From IMG/VR virus record IMGVR_UViG_3300029288_007068: a DNA stretch of 64,000 nucleotides. The stretch is one strand, 5' to 3'. Both the position numbers and the translations under genes were made by a program. Below the pieces are notes generated by a model. The model was not told the origin of the DNA, did not search any database, and worked only from the letters and a program-made list of their open reading frames with translations. The DNA comes from a virus. Taxonomy: Duplodnaviria; Heunggongvirae; Uroviricota; Caudoviricetes. Below, piece after piece: positions 27,565-37,161 of this stretch (within the stretch, counting starts at the first letter, position 1; every line of letters begins with the position of its first letter).

Positions 27565-28317
27565 CTACTCCTCCTTCTGCAATGGTCTTGGCAAATGATA
27601 CTTGCTTAGGTAGATTTCGAGGTCATGCGCTTCTTTCTCCGATTCCATTCTAACCTTTTCCTGCGCATACTCAAGTTCCAACTTCTTGGGTTTGTTGGCG
27701 AAGTAACAATTCTTCATTGGAAAGACTTGCTTTGACAACGTGTGTATATTAGTCCCATGAAGCAACTCACATTGTTTGACTGGGTCGCCAATATAGGATT
27801 TCCGGACTGGACAATGGTAGCGGAAGAAACTAACAACCAACTTTCCTTTCTTACAGGCTTTGCACTTTCCGCCCAGTGATTCTTTGTTCTCCGTTTTCAC
27901 ATAAGTATAAGTATCACACTTTGGACAATGAACTTCATATTCGGACTCGAGTGCCTTACAAACCACAGGGTGATACTTCCCAGAGTTTTTATCTATTGTC
28001 CAATGACCGCGTTTCCGCTGGCGGATGAGACCTTTCTTTTTGAGCTGATACAGCGCTTGGTCGACCTTTCGAACTATTTGGGAATTCTTATCATTGGTAT
28101 GGTGTTTATCGACGAACGTAGTCAATGATGTTTTCTTGGCTTCTTCTACTATGCCAGTTTTGGTTATATATGGAAGCCGATTTTTGTGTGACGTCTTTAT
28201 AATATCCAATACTAATTTCTGAACGCCTTGCATTTTAATCCAGCCTCCCTGTTCTGACTTCTCTACAAACAGGACATAGTTCTTCTCCACTTCCGCCTTC
28301 ATCAATATATCGCCCAC
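27565..28317 (-). CDS. Cys-rich putative DNA-binding protein (winged-helix-like segment)
   Basis: LKKKGLIRQRKRGHWTIDK segment. Several CxxC pairs (CPKCDT, CKACKK, CPVRK). Confidence 0.35.
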   Translation of the reverse strand: MGDILMKAEVEKNYVLFVEKSEQGGWIKMQGVQKLVLDIIKTSHKNRLPYITKTGIVEEAKKTSLTTFVDKHHTNDKNSQIVRKVDQALYQLKKKGLIRQRKRGHWTIDKNSGKYHPVVCKALESEYEVHCPKCDTYTYVKTENKESLGGKCKACKKGKLVVSFFRYHCPVRKSYIGDPVKQCELLHGTNIHTLSKQVFPMKNCYFANKPKKLELEYAQEKVRMESEKEAHDLEIYLSKYHLPRPLQKEE

Positions 28318-28486
28318 ATAAAATACAGTTTGTTTTCATTTTTAGTCCTCCATCACTTCTTTTATCTTTACGATTGGTTCCTGTTCTTGGATTATCCTAT
28401 ACGATTTGTCCTCCGCATCAGCCTCATCTCTGGCATAAACTCTTGCCTCATAGATATAGGTCACATCATATAACTTTTTTGGCATC

Positions 28487-28801
28487 TTAATCCTTCTCCT
28501 GCAGTATTTGATATGCCTCTTTCAGAGCTTCTAACTTCCGCTTTGCTCCATGAAGATACCAAAGACTAATCATGTTAACCGATTCATTAACTTGCCATTT
28601 CCTATCTTCTGGGTCAGCGTCATAATCAAAACTAACGCCTTCACAACCACCACCACGAATCAGGTAAGCCATATCTCGGAATTCTCGACTCTTATTCATA
28701 CTCACTTCGAGACCACCGAACTTAACAACAACATGGTCTTCCCTGTCATACTGAGTAATGGTTAACTGCCTTTCCTTATCTTCAAATAATACTTTACTCA
28801 T
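28487..28801 (-). CDS. Hypothetical protein
   Basis: ORF. Confidence 0.35.
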   Translation of the reverse strand: MSKVLFEDKERQLTITQYDREDHVVVKFGGLEVSMNKSREFRDMAYLIRGGGCEGVSFDYDADPEDRKWQVNESVNMISLWYLHGAKRKLEALKEAYQILQEKD

Positions 28802-28804
28802 TCT

Positions 28805-29017
28805 TCACTCCTCCAAAAACTCTTCAATTTCCCAACCGGGATAATTCTCAGCGCCACATTTTGGACAAGTATAAAACTTATATTCTATCTTCCCAATTCC
28901 AACTGGGATTTTGTGACCACAGGAGCCACAGTCCATTGCATAACTGATTGTCGGTTTCTTAAAGACAGGCATTCCAGCTTCTGATTCCTCATATCCAAAA
29001 TTGTCTCGAACGTTCAT
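28805..29017 (-). CDS. Small zinc-ribbon protein
   Basis: CGSCGHK ... CPKCGAEN motif pairs. Confidence 0.4.
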   Translation of the reverse strand: MNVRDNFGYEESEAGMPVFKKPTISYAMDCGSCGHKIPVGIGKIEYKFYTCPKCGAENYPGWEIEEFLEE

Positions 29018-29020
29018 CCT

Positions 29021-29266
29021 TTAGACCTCCTGTGGGTACGGGTCTGAACAACCACATGGCATCTCATTCCCACAAAAGCCACAAAAGTGGTGACCGACTT
29101 CTTTTAAAGCCATTCCTTTGGCGAGCATTCCACCAGCCTTCCCAAAGTTATCGGCTCCATGAACCATGACCGCTGGGTGGCGTTCCAACTTCTCAACTGA
29201 CCACTCACTGGCATCAGTAATGGTACGACCGACGAGCGTAATATAATAGACGTTCATTTTTTTCAC
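29021..29266 (-). CDS. Small Cys-rich protein
   Basis: CGFCGNEMPCGC motif. Confidence 0.35.
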   Translation of the reverse strand: MKKMNVYYITLVGRTITDASEWSVEKLERHPAVMVHGADNFGKAGGMLAKGMALKEVGHHFCGFCGNEMPCGCSDPYPQEV

Positions 29267-29267
29267 C

Positions 29268-29507
29268 TCACATCATTAAGTCGTAAGCCGGATTTCCTTT
29301 CAAGCCCCGCATTGGTTGCCAAGACTGACTACCATCCGAATGGGTTTTTGCTTCTGGACTAAACTTCCCATAGCAAAGAGCGAACTCAGCATTCGTGTCT
29401 TTATATCGAACAAAGTGGTCATAGCCATATCGCTTTAAGAGCCGAATTGCGCGCTCTCGGTCAACGGGCGTTTTATAGCCACGAGTTATGGACGTTATTT
29501 GAATCAT
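29268..29507 (-). CDS. Small hypothetical protein
   Basis: ORF. Confidence 0.3.
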   Translation of the reverse strand: MIQITSITRGYKTPVDRERAIRLLKRYGYDHFVRYKDTNAEFALCYGKFSPEAKTHSDGSQSWQPMRGLKGNPAYDLMM

Positions 29508-29790
29508 TCTTCACACCTTCCCTGTCAATAAAGCATCCATCTCTTCAAAGGACATTCCTGCTGACTTCTCAATAGCGGTTTTTAATCGAGCCAGTACTTC
29601 ATCCCAATCGGTCACATCATTGAGCATATCATAATAAATCCCAACGACCGTATTATGGAGATTTAAATAATCTTCGTGCTCACTCATTTAGCACCCCTCC
29701 ATCATTACGATTGGTATGGTCTTCGGGACTTGCCTTCCTTCAACTTTACTTCCTTTCAACATATCACCAATAACTAAAATAGAGTTAGAG

Positions 29791-29821
29791 TATATAAAGG
29801 TTTGGTTGAAGTTAATAGTTC
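29791..29821 (-). promoter_or_regulatory. Class-1 bipartite promoter motif
   Basis: Minus strand AACTATTAAC, 14 nt, TTTATATAC, upstream of a 58-aa ORF (about 29526..29688) that is absent from the track. Confidence 0.45.
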
Positions 29822-29900
29822 ATAAAATAAGGGTTGTAACCCACTGTATGGGACGTCCTTTAAAACCAATATAAAAGGAAGAGTAGAATACCTAATTCGG

Positions 29901-30167
29901 CTACGGCTCTTCTTTTTGGGTCTTACGCTCTTTCTCCTTTATCTCCCTTATGGCTATCCTATTGTTCACAAAGGTAAACCATATTATAATTAGAAATATA
30001 ACTAATAAGGGCAGAATAAGGAGTTTATAGCTATCCCATAAAATATACATGACTCCACCCAACATGAGCAAAGCCATCCAAAAAAAGAAGTCCCACGATT
30101 GGCGGGTTTCAAGCGGTGTGGGTTTTTTGAGCCATCCCATTAAGGATACCATAAGCCTCCAATACAA
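29901..30167 (-). CDS. Small membrane protein (2 TM)
   Basis: Two hydrophobic helices. Confidence 0.35.
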   Translation of the reverse strand: MYWRLMVSLMGWLKKPTPLETRQSWDFFFWMALLMLGGVMYILWDSYKLLILPLLVIFLIIIWFTFVNNRIAIREIKEKERKTQKEEP

Positions 30168-30366
30168 TGGTTATAGCAATAAAGGGAATTGCTATTATGA
30201 AAAACACTAATTCAAATAAACCTTCACCCCAAAAATCGAAATAGACATAGACAAAAAACTTGGAATTAGTGGCGGCGGTTATGAGATGATTATAAAAGAG
30301 AATAGTAGAAATAACCATAAAAATGAATCCTGGATACTTCAGAAGATTAATGGTTGTTTGTTTCAT
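30109..30366 (-). CDS. Small membrane protein (2-3 TM)
   Basis: Hydrophobic helices throughout. Confidence 0.35.
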   Translation of the reverse strand: MKQTTINLLKYPGFIFMVISTILFYNHLITAATNSKFFVYVYFDFWGEGLFELVFFIIAIPFIAITIVLEAYGILNGMAQKTHTA

Positions 30367-30551
30367 TTCCTTATCCCAATTTCGTATACCTTTCGCATAT
30401 TGATTATCCTCTCAGCACCATCTTCCTGATGAACCGTTAAAAGAGAATCACTTCTAATTCCTTTTCTTATCTGTTGTACAAGTTCATCGGCTTGCTTACC
30501 TTCAAACTTATCTGAACCGTAACTACCATAACCAATAGATACTCTCATTTT

Positions 30552-31220
30552 CTAACCTCCACTATTATTCGTTCCATAGTGTCTTTTCCTTGCTATACAA
30601 TCATTACATATTTTGAATCCATCTGGGTGAGTAAATACTTCTTCTCTTTCCTTTTCCAATCCACAAACATCGCATATGATATCTTCATCATAAGATAAGG
30701 ACTTGGGTGAAGATTGCCGGGAAGACTGAGTTCTCATAATAGGTTGTGTCTTCCAATAGTTTGGCATATCCAATTCAAACTTCGCTTTCTTACCCTTTGG
30801 CTTTTCCGGCGGAATAAACTCTATTCTCTTGTTGACTATTCCATGCGCTATGTATAAGAATAATCCACCGACAATTATAATCAATCCACCACCGGTTAGA
30901 AATCGAGACCAATTAGTGATTCCCATTTCCAAGAAAGACCAAACACCATAGAGGGCAAGAATGAGCGCTCCAATCATTATGATTTTATTCCATAGCTTGA
31001 CGTTTGTCTCTCTGTGTGTTGGCGGATGTTCCTTTCGCCAAGTAACAAAACACTCATTGCAGATACGCCGGCGTTGCTTTGTGCCATCTAACGATACATC
31101 CCGCCATCCAATTCCACTGAATGGACTAAAGGGAAGTGGTCGCTGACAGAGTGCACATTGGTGTTTCGAAGCAAATTTCGCCTCCTGCGATTGACTTGGT
31201 GGATATTCTACATCTTGCAT
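30552..31220 (-). CDS. Double zinc-ribbon membrane protein
   Basis: N-terminal CALCQRP...CNECF and C-terminal CDVCGLE...CNDC ribbons flank two hydrophobic helices. Sits directly downstream of the SPFH gene. Confidence 0.4.
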   Translation of the reverse strand: MQDVEYPPSQSQEAKFASKHQCALCQRPLPFSPFSGIGWRDVSLDGTKQRRRICNECFVTWRKEHPPTHRETNVKLWNKIIMIGALILALYGVWSFLEMGITNWSRFLTGGGLIIIVGGLFLYIAHGIVNKRIEFIPPEKPKGKKAKFELDMPNYWKTQPIMRTQSSRQSSPKSLSYDEDIICDVCGLEKEREEVFTHPDGFKICNDCIARKRHYGTNNSGG

Positions 31221-31432
31221 GGTTTTTTCTCTTCCTATGATTCTATCTAATCACTCCGGTTTGTTGTAAATCACTTCCAACACGTTATTTGCTTCTGGCA
31301 TAAAGATAAAAGTTCCATCATCGTCCTCTATAAAATAACCCCCATCTCCAACAGATAATAAAGTTCCTTCTATATCATGAACATCTTTCGAGACTATAGT
31401 AACTCGCTTTCCAAGAAGGTCTAAAAGTTGCT

Positions 31433-32551
31433 TCACTCTCTCACCCGCAATTTTCTTGACCGAGAAGTTGTTGGAGGAATAGCTGAATTTAGTATATCCG
31501 CAAAGGGAGGCTCAGAAACGGTCTCCCGCTTTGGTGGTATTGGAACTACTCCAGCCATTTTCTCGGTAATAATGTTTGTGATGTTTGTGTTTGGGTCTAT
31601 GACGTATTTGGTATTATTTTCTAAGGATGCTTGTATGGTCTCTAATTTTTTCAAAACCTGGGCATTATCTATAAACGATTTATTAATTAGATTAAATGCC
31701 TCTGCTTGACCTTGTGCTATTAAGATTTGTGATTGTTTCTTCCCTTCAGCTTCAAGAATCCATGCCTGTTTTGTTCCCTCAGCGTTTTTAATTGATGCTC
31801 TTCTTTCTCCATCCGCCTGTGTTTCTGCCGCTGTCGCAAAATCAACCGCTGACCTTTTTTCATTTTCAGCCTTCAAAACCTTGTTCATCGTATCCTGAAC
31901 ATCTTGAGGCGGAGTAATTTCTTTCATTTCAACTCGAACAATCTTAACTCCCCAAGCATCTGATTCCTTATCTAATACTTCAGCAAGCGCAACATTTAAC
32001 TTGTTCCTTTGACTATTAACATCTTTAAAGGGCATAGTACCAATAACATTACGAGCTGTTGTTTGTGCTAACTTAATTATCTGAGCCTCAAAGTCCTGAA
32101 CATTATATAAAGATTTTTTGACGCTTTCATCTTCGCTTCTCACTTGGTAGTAAACCACTAAATCTACTTTCGCATTAAGGTTATCTTCAGTAATAATCTC
32201 TTGTGGCTCGACATCCATCATCTTCTCTGTCAAATTAACTTTATACATTTTATCGACCACCGGAATAATAAGGTGAAAACCCTGACTGGCAACATTTCTG
32301 AACTTTCCAAAACGTTCAATTACACCCTTTTCCATAGGTCTTATTATTCTTATTCCCATTGATATTATCCATAAAGGGATAACTATCGCAAAAAACCAGC
32401 CTACATATACCAATACTTGTCCTAACATATTTCCTACTCCTTCTATATTTATATTTGGGAATTTTACTCCCATTATAGATAAACCTGTAACTAACATTCC
32501 TCCAAGAATTAAATAAATTATCATGCCTCCCCAAAATCCATTTTTAGTCAT
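31433..32551 (-). CDS. SPFH / band-7 (stomatin-prohibitin-like) membrane protein
   Basis: N-terminal TM helices followed by the PHB-domain consensus HLIIPVVDKMYKVNLTEKMMDVEPQEIITEDNLNAKVDLVVYYQV, then a long coiled-coil. Confidence 0.7.
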   Translation of the reverse strand: MTKNGFWGGMIIYLILGGMLVTGLSIMGVKFPNINIEGVGNMLGQVLVYVGWFFAIVIPLWIISMGIRIIRPMEKGVIERFGKFRNVASQGFHLIIPVVDKMYKVNLTEKMMDVEPQEIITEDNLNAKVDLVVYYQVRSEDESVKKSLYNVQDFEAQIIKLAQTTARNVIGTMPFKDVNSQRNKLNVALAEVLDKESDAWGVKIVRVEMKEITPPQDVQDTMNKVLKAENEKRSAVDFATAAETQADGERRASIKNAEGTKQAWILEAEGKKQSQILIAQGQAEAFNLINKSFIDNAQVLKKLETIQASLENNTKYVIDPNTNITNIITEKMAGVVPIPPKRETVSEPPFADILNSAIPPTTSRSRKLRVRE

Positions 32552-32573
32552 AAGGTTACATCTCCTTCATTTT

Positions 32574-32924
32574 TCATGCTATCTCTTGTATATGCGTTGC
32601 CCGCACTCTACTCATTCCATTGATTTCATATGTGATTTTTACTTGATTGGTTGGGTCTATAGTGTGTAACTGGGAGTATGTCCAGAAATAGTTTACATTG
32701 ACAAAGAGGAAGTCGCCATCCATGAACATAATGTAAACTCCTTCATTGGGAAACGTAGTAATGAGTTGGACGTCGCGAAGATACCCTATAATCTCTTTTT
32801 CCTTCCACGTAGTTTCTTTTGAAATGACATCAACAGCAACCCACAACGCCAATCCAATAAAGATTAAAGAAAACAATACCGCCGCTATCCATTTTACGTG
32901 CACTTTAGTTAATTTTATTTCCAT
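32574..32924 (-). CDS. NfeD-like small membrane protein (N-terminal TM + beta-rich C-terminal domain), upstream partner of the SPFH protein
   Basis: 116 aa, single N-terminal TM. Position immediately 5' of the SPFH gene, as in canonical nfeD-stomatin operons. Confidence 0.35.
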   Translation of the reverse strand: MEIKLTKVHVKWIAAVLFSLIFIGLALWVAVDVISKETTWKEKEIIGYLRDVQLITTFPNEGVYIMFMDGDFLFVNVNYFWTYSQLHTIDPTNQVKITYEINGMSRVRATHIQEIA

Positions 32925-33147
32925 TCTTTTTCACCTTCCTAATCGCTTCTTTCATAGCTTTACTACAACAACCATCGCAACCATGAACATTGAATCCAAA
33001 TTTGTTATCTGGGTCGTTTCTGGCAAGCCACTCGGCGTTTGGATGACCGATGCCATGCTTACATATATCTTCTACTAAGCCAGTCTCGCGTATGAATTGC
33101 TGAACAGCCCATCGTGGTTTTTTGTATTCTACCATAAATTGTAACAC
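32905..33147 (-). CDS. Small Cys/His-rich protein
   Basis: CKHGIGHPN ... HGCDGCC motif. Confidence 0.3.
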   Translation of the reverse strand: MLQFMVEYKKPRWAVQQFIRETGLVEDICKHGIGHPNAEWLARNDPDNKFGFNVHGCDGCCSKAMKEAIRKVKKNGNKIN

Positions 33148-34133
33148 CTCAATACTCCTTCTGTTTCCTGTGTCCTTTTGATATCATATTCGCCATCTTT
33201 AAATCGCTTGACGTAGTTGGGAATCTCTTTCCATTCGCGCGGGTCGTTTTCAAACCAACCATAAGACACTATTCCACATGATTCCAAAGCAACCCATTTG
33301 CGGAAGCAAGCCGGACAATGACCACAACTTCCAAGAGTGTTTTCATCATAACAACTGACTGACGCTTCGAGAACTCTTAAAACATAATTCATAGGATAGT
33401 TATCAATAAACCACTGAATGATGTCTGTCTTCGTCATCTCCCAAAAAGGCGACTCTATTGATATCTTTGGTTCATCTTTCTTTTTTATGAAGTTCATGGC
33501 ATGTGACATAACATCAAAGGCTTCTGGAGTCTTGTCTTCTACGTGGTCGCCTTTGACGCCACACATATAAATCTTATTACCATAGTAAGATGCGAGCGTA
33601 GCCAAGAGCAAATTCCGGTTGGGTATATATGCTTTATCTCCAACTTCAAACTCATGTAGGCTTGGTCCTTCAATGAATTTGAGCTTCATGTTTGGGATTA
33701 CTCTACATAACTCGTAGAGGCAATGAATTTCTTTATAGGCATACTTATGACTCAAATCAATGTAAATCGCTTGTGGGAAGTTTAGGTAGTGAAGTCCTAT
33801 AATGCTATCAACCCCACCAGAAAGCAATAGGACTTCCCTATCTAATTGGTGACATGCTTTATCGTCTACGTACAATTCTGCTTGTGGTTTCCCAAGAATG
33901 AGTTCATCATAGGGAACATTGTTTTTCTTAAGCCATGCTTCGGTCACTTCTCTATCCTCTTCGTATCTGGCTGAATGGAGAACTATAGTATACCCGCGTT
34001 GTTTTAAGTCAAAGAGCGTATCTATATTATAGGAATTTGGCGTCCTACTTGAGTAATAGGAATCGCCAAAGCCCTGAGTCTCTTTCGTAATGATTCCATC
34101 TATGTCTACGACTTTTATCTTCATGCGTAACAC
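33129..34133 (-). CDS. queC: HAD-like phosphatase domain fused to 7-cyano-7-deazaguanine synthase
   Basis: N-terminal roughly 95 aa carry HAD motif I VVDIDGIIT and LGKPQAELYVDDKA. The remainder has the QueC PP-loop LLLSGGVDS, IPNRNLLLATLASYY, and the zinc site CGHCPAC. Confidence 0.7.
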   Translation of the reverse strand: MLRMKIKVVDIDGIITKETQGFGDSYYSSRTPNSYNIDTLFDLKQRGYTIVLHSARYEEDREVTEAWLKKNNVPYDELILGKPQAELYVDDKACHQLDREVLLLSGGVDSIIGLHYLNFPQAIYIDLSHKYAYKEIHCLYELCRVIPNMKLKFIEGPSLHEFEVGDKAYIPNRNLLLATLASYYGNKIYMCGVKGDHVEDKTPEAFDVMSHAMNFIKKKDEPKISIESPFWEMTKTDIIQWFIDNYPMNYVLRVLEASVSCYDENTLGSCGHCPACFRKWVALESCGIVSYGWFENDPREWKEIPNYVKRFKDGEYDIKRTQETEGVLRCYNLW

Positions 34134-34696
34134 ATTACTGTATACTCGTATTGCTCAAACGAGATATCACTACCATCCCACACTTCAACAAGCCAATACA
34201 TAGTTTTATGACCACTGTATTGAGAAACTGTATAATTCCCATCACCACCGTAGACTATGCTATGTTGAATCCAACTTCCATTGAAGAAAGCATAATAAAA
34301 AGTAATTTTTAAATCACTATCATCAACGTCTTCCACAAGGACACTCAAATTATGTTTGTAACCATAATATTTATGATATCCTGTCACGTTTATTAGAGTT
34401 ATCGTCGGTGGAACGTTTATCGGAGCATCTTGTCCATCTTCACCATCTACGCCAGCGGGTCCTTGTGGTCCGGTTTCTCCTTGTCTTCCTTTTGAGCCTG
34501 TTTCTCCTTTTATTCCTGGGTCACCCGGTCTTCCCTGTAGTCCTTGAATTCCCTGTTCGCCTTGAATTCCTCTCTGACCTTGAGGACCGACAAATGCGTC
34601 TGTTTGTTGCCAATAATATAGCACACCAGCATCAAGCAATAAGGCGGCGATTGCCACTACAATTATTGCTACAGCCCCTTTTCTACTTCCTACCAT
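34121..34696 (-). CDS. Collagen-like (Gly-X-Y repeat) protein with N-terminal membrane / signal segment; probable fibre component
   Basis: About 20 uninterrupted GXY triplets (GPQGQRGIQGEQGIQGLQGRPGDPGIKGETGSKGRQGETGPQGPAGVDGEDG). The C-terminal globular domain has NxS/T sequons. Confidence 0.65.
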   Translation of the reverse strand: MVGSRKGAVAIIVVAIAALLLDAGVLYYWQQTDAFVGPQGQRGIQGEQGIQGLQGRPGDPGIKGETGSKGRQGETGPQGPAGVDGEDGQDAPINVPPTITLINVTGYHKYYGYKHNLSVLVEDVDDSDLKITFYYAFFNGSWIQHSIVYGGDGNYTVSQYSGHKTMYWLVEVWDGSDISFEQYEYTVMCYA

Positions 34697-34727
34697 TTAA
34701 TTACCTATACAATAATATAATGTGATA

Positions 34728-34759
34728 CTATATAAGGTTTTAGTATACTTTAATAGTTC
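34728..34759 (-). promoter_or_regulatory. Class-1 bipartite promoter motif
   Basis: Minus strand AACTATTAAA, 14 nt, CCTTATATAG, upstream of the collagen-like gene. Confidence 0.5.
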
Positions 34760-35954
34760 ACCTTTTATGGTTGTTGCCATTCTTTAATGGCTTTTTATAG
34801 AAGCCTTGCCGGTCTACTTCATCCATGAGGTCTACGTTAAATTGCCAAGTTATTGGGCGCTTGCGGGAAACACCAAATATGATTTGCTCTGGGTAAGTCA
34901 AGTCGCCATAGTTCTCCCACGCATAATTCGACTTTGGAATCCAACATCCATTGACGAGAGTTCGCTTTACTGAACCGATTGGGATTTCCATTCGACGATG
35001 GAAGTGCCCCATGATTTCTATATTGAAGGGAACTTCCAATCGACGTTCTCTTGACTGGCGGACTACGCCATAATAAGGCAATCCCATCCAGCTCTTAATC
35101 GAGCTCCCATGATGAAGGTAGTATTTCCATCCCCGAATTTCTTGCAACCAATAATAACTATCTGGGCAAGTAAAATCAATTCTATCGTTATTTTGAAACG
35201 CCAACTCAAGCATCTTTCCAAACAGATAATCGAAGTTCCTGGTTGCGGGTGACGCCTCTCGTGCGCGCTGTGTTCTTCCGTGGTTGCCAGGAATGTTGAC
35301 AACATGGACTTTCTTAAATATCTTTAAGAAATGTTTCATCATATCAGAGAAGACCCGCATTCCAGTAATGATTTGCTTTCCCACATCCATATCGATAAAA
35401 AAGCGTTGACCCGCATAGATGACATCATTCTCTACTATGTCACCAAGCAGAAAGACCCACAAGTTATCTATCTTATAAGCCGGCGCGAGATTAGTCTTGA
35501 TTAGCTCATTGATGTTTCTTGTGTAGTTATTCGCAAACTTGACGAAGGTTGGTGAATCATATGTTGTCTCTTTGTTTCCTGTGTCGAAGTCTATGAACGT
35601 GTTTTTGTTGCCTATGTGAACATCTGAAATGACGGCGATTGCGTCTTCTGATTGTGGACCTTTAAAGACGTTGTTATATGGGACGTTAACAATGGGCTTG
35701 GTTGACTGCATTGTATCTGTCAGTTGGTCACAAAGTTCTTTAAAAAGGTCTTGCATGACAACGTCTTTGATGCCTTTAGTCACCGCTTGCCTCATTATAT
35801 CAGATGGATTGCATCCATAGTATTCTCGCCATCTCCGACGAAATGTGTCTCGATTGATGTTGAGCATGTCAGCCGCCTTCTGCATGTTGTAGCCTGACCT
35901 CTCAAATGATGTCTTCAGTTGCTCTTTAGATAGTTGGATTTTATTCCATACCAT
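34758..35954 (-). CDS. Calcineurin-like metallophosphoesterase with N-terminal helix-turn-helix
   Basis: MPP motifs ISDVHIGNK, LLGDIVEND, IPGNHGR, GHFHRR. N-terminal MQKAADMLNINRDTFRRRWREY is HTH-like. Confidence 0.55.
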   Translation of the reverse strand: MVWNKIQLSKEQLKTSFERSGYNMQKAADMLNINRDTFRRRWREYYGCNPSDIMRQAVTKGIKDVVMQDLFKELCDQLTDTMQSTKPIVNVPYNNVFKGPQSEDAIAVISDVHIGNKNTFIDFDTGNKETTYDSPTFVKFANNYTRNINELIKTNLAPAYKIDNLWVFLLGDIVENDVIYAGQRFFIDMDVGKQIITGMRVFSDMMKHFLKIFKKVHVVNIPGNHGRTQRAREASPATRNFDYLFGKMLELAFQNNDRIDFTCPDSYYWLQEIRGWKYYLHHGSSIKSWMGLPYYGVVRQSRERRLEVPFNIEIMGHFHRRMEIPIGSVKRTLVNGCWIPKSNYAWENYGDLTYPEQIIFGVSRKRPITWQFNVDLMDEVDRQGFYKKPLKNGNNHKR

Positions 35955-36754
35955 TTATTTTGTCTCCTTTCATAAAAGTCTTGGACTATTCTATGACATT
36001 TGATGTAGATAAGTATTTTGTGAAGCTCATATCGTTTTTCAATTGGTGCATGAACTCCGGTTTGCCGAGAGAACCACCGAAACCCCAGAATTTAGTGTCG
36101 CATTCCGGGCAATAAAGAAGTTGTGTCATCGGGCGTTCATACTCGGGTTCAGAATGCCACAGAATCTTGAATTGATGTTTGTGTGTTACCATTTTATTCG
36201 CCTACAAAGTTTTCTCATAATGTTTTGCGCAAGTAAACGCTGTTTTGGACGTTCTTGTTGCCACATATCTAAATCTACTTGTGCAAAGTCTTCTATACAA
36301 GTTGCCTCTGCGAGAGTAAGGGTTTGTTTTCTGGGTTTAAACTTAATGAAGCGTCGACAGTGAAAACAATCGCGGGCTTTGCAAGTGTCTTCATAACCAC
36401 ATTGGAGTTTCATAGTTCACCTCTAACTCTTTTTGATGTAATGATTCCTTTGCCTTGCCATGAGTAATGGTATCAATTATCCTAAACTCTACATCGCGTC
36501 TCTTTTTAAGTTTTCGTATCATAGTTCGATAGTAGCGATATTTGTAGATATGTCGTTCAAGTTGATGTTGTGTTCGAAGTTTCATTCTCTAAACCTCTTG
36601 TTGATAACTTTTGTAATCTCGCTCATAAGAAGACCTTCGCCACAAAGGTGTGTGATATCATTAAGTATTGTTTCTTTTAGTTCTTCAAGGTAGTTATCCA
36701 TTTCGTCTTGGTCATAATACTCGAGATGGATTTCGTCGAATTGTGGTTTGGGTT

Positions 36755-37159
36755 TCATTTCAACTTCTCCACTATAAAATCAAAAACATCTGAGTTATAA
36801 TAACGATAGTGATATGCGATATTAACATAACTATTATCTCCCAACATATAGGAAATCGCCATAGCAACTGCTGGTGAGCGTGATATCCCAGCATCACAAC
36901 CAACTATGACAAGACTGGCGTTTTGTACATCAAGAAGAATGGACTTAATTTTCTGAACGTCGGTTTCCTGTATGAACATAGGATGCTTTTTATCAACATC
37001 AAAAAATCGAAGTTGAAGTGTTGGTTTGAAAGGAAAATGATATTTCCTAAAACCATCGGTAATGATTACTGTAACAATTTTTGTGTGTATTTTAGAAAAC
37101 TCTTTATAAGAAGCTATGATGTCTTCTATGGGAAGAATCTTATACTTACCTAAATTCAT
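36755..37159 (-). CDS. Dual-specificity / protein-tyrosine phosphatase
   Basis: C(X)5R(S/T) active-site loop VIVGCDAGISRSPAVAMA. Confidence 0.6.
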   Translation of the reverse strand: MNLGKYKILPIEDIIASYKEFSKIHTKIVTVIITDGFRKYHFPFKPTLQLRFFDVDKKHPMFIQETDVQKIKSILLDVQNASLVIVGCDAGISRSPAVAMAISYMLGDNSYVNIAYHYRYYNSDVFDFIVEKLK

Positions 37160-37161
37160 GT

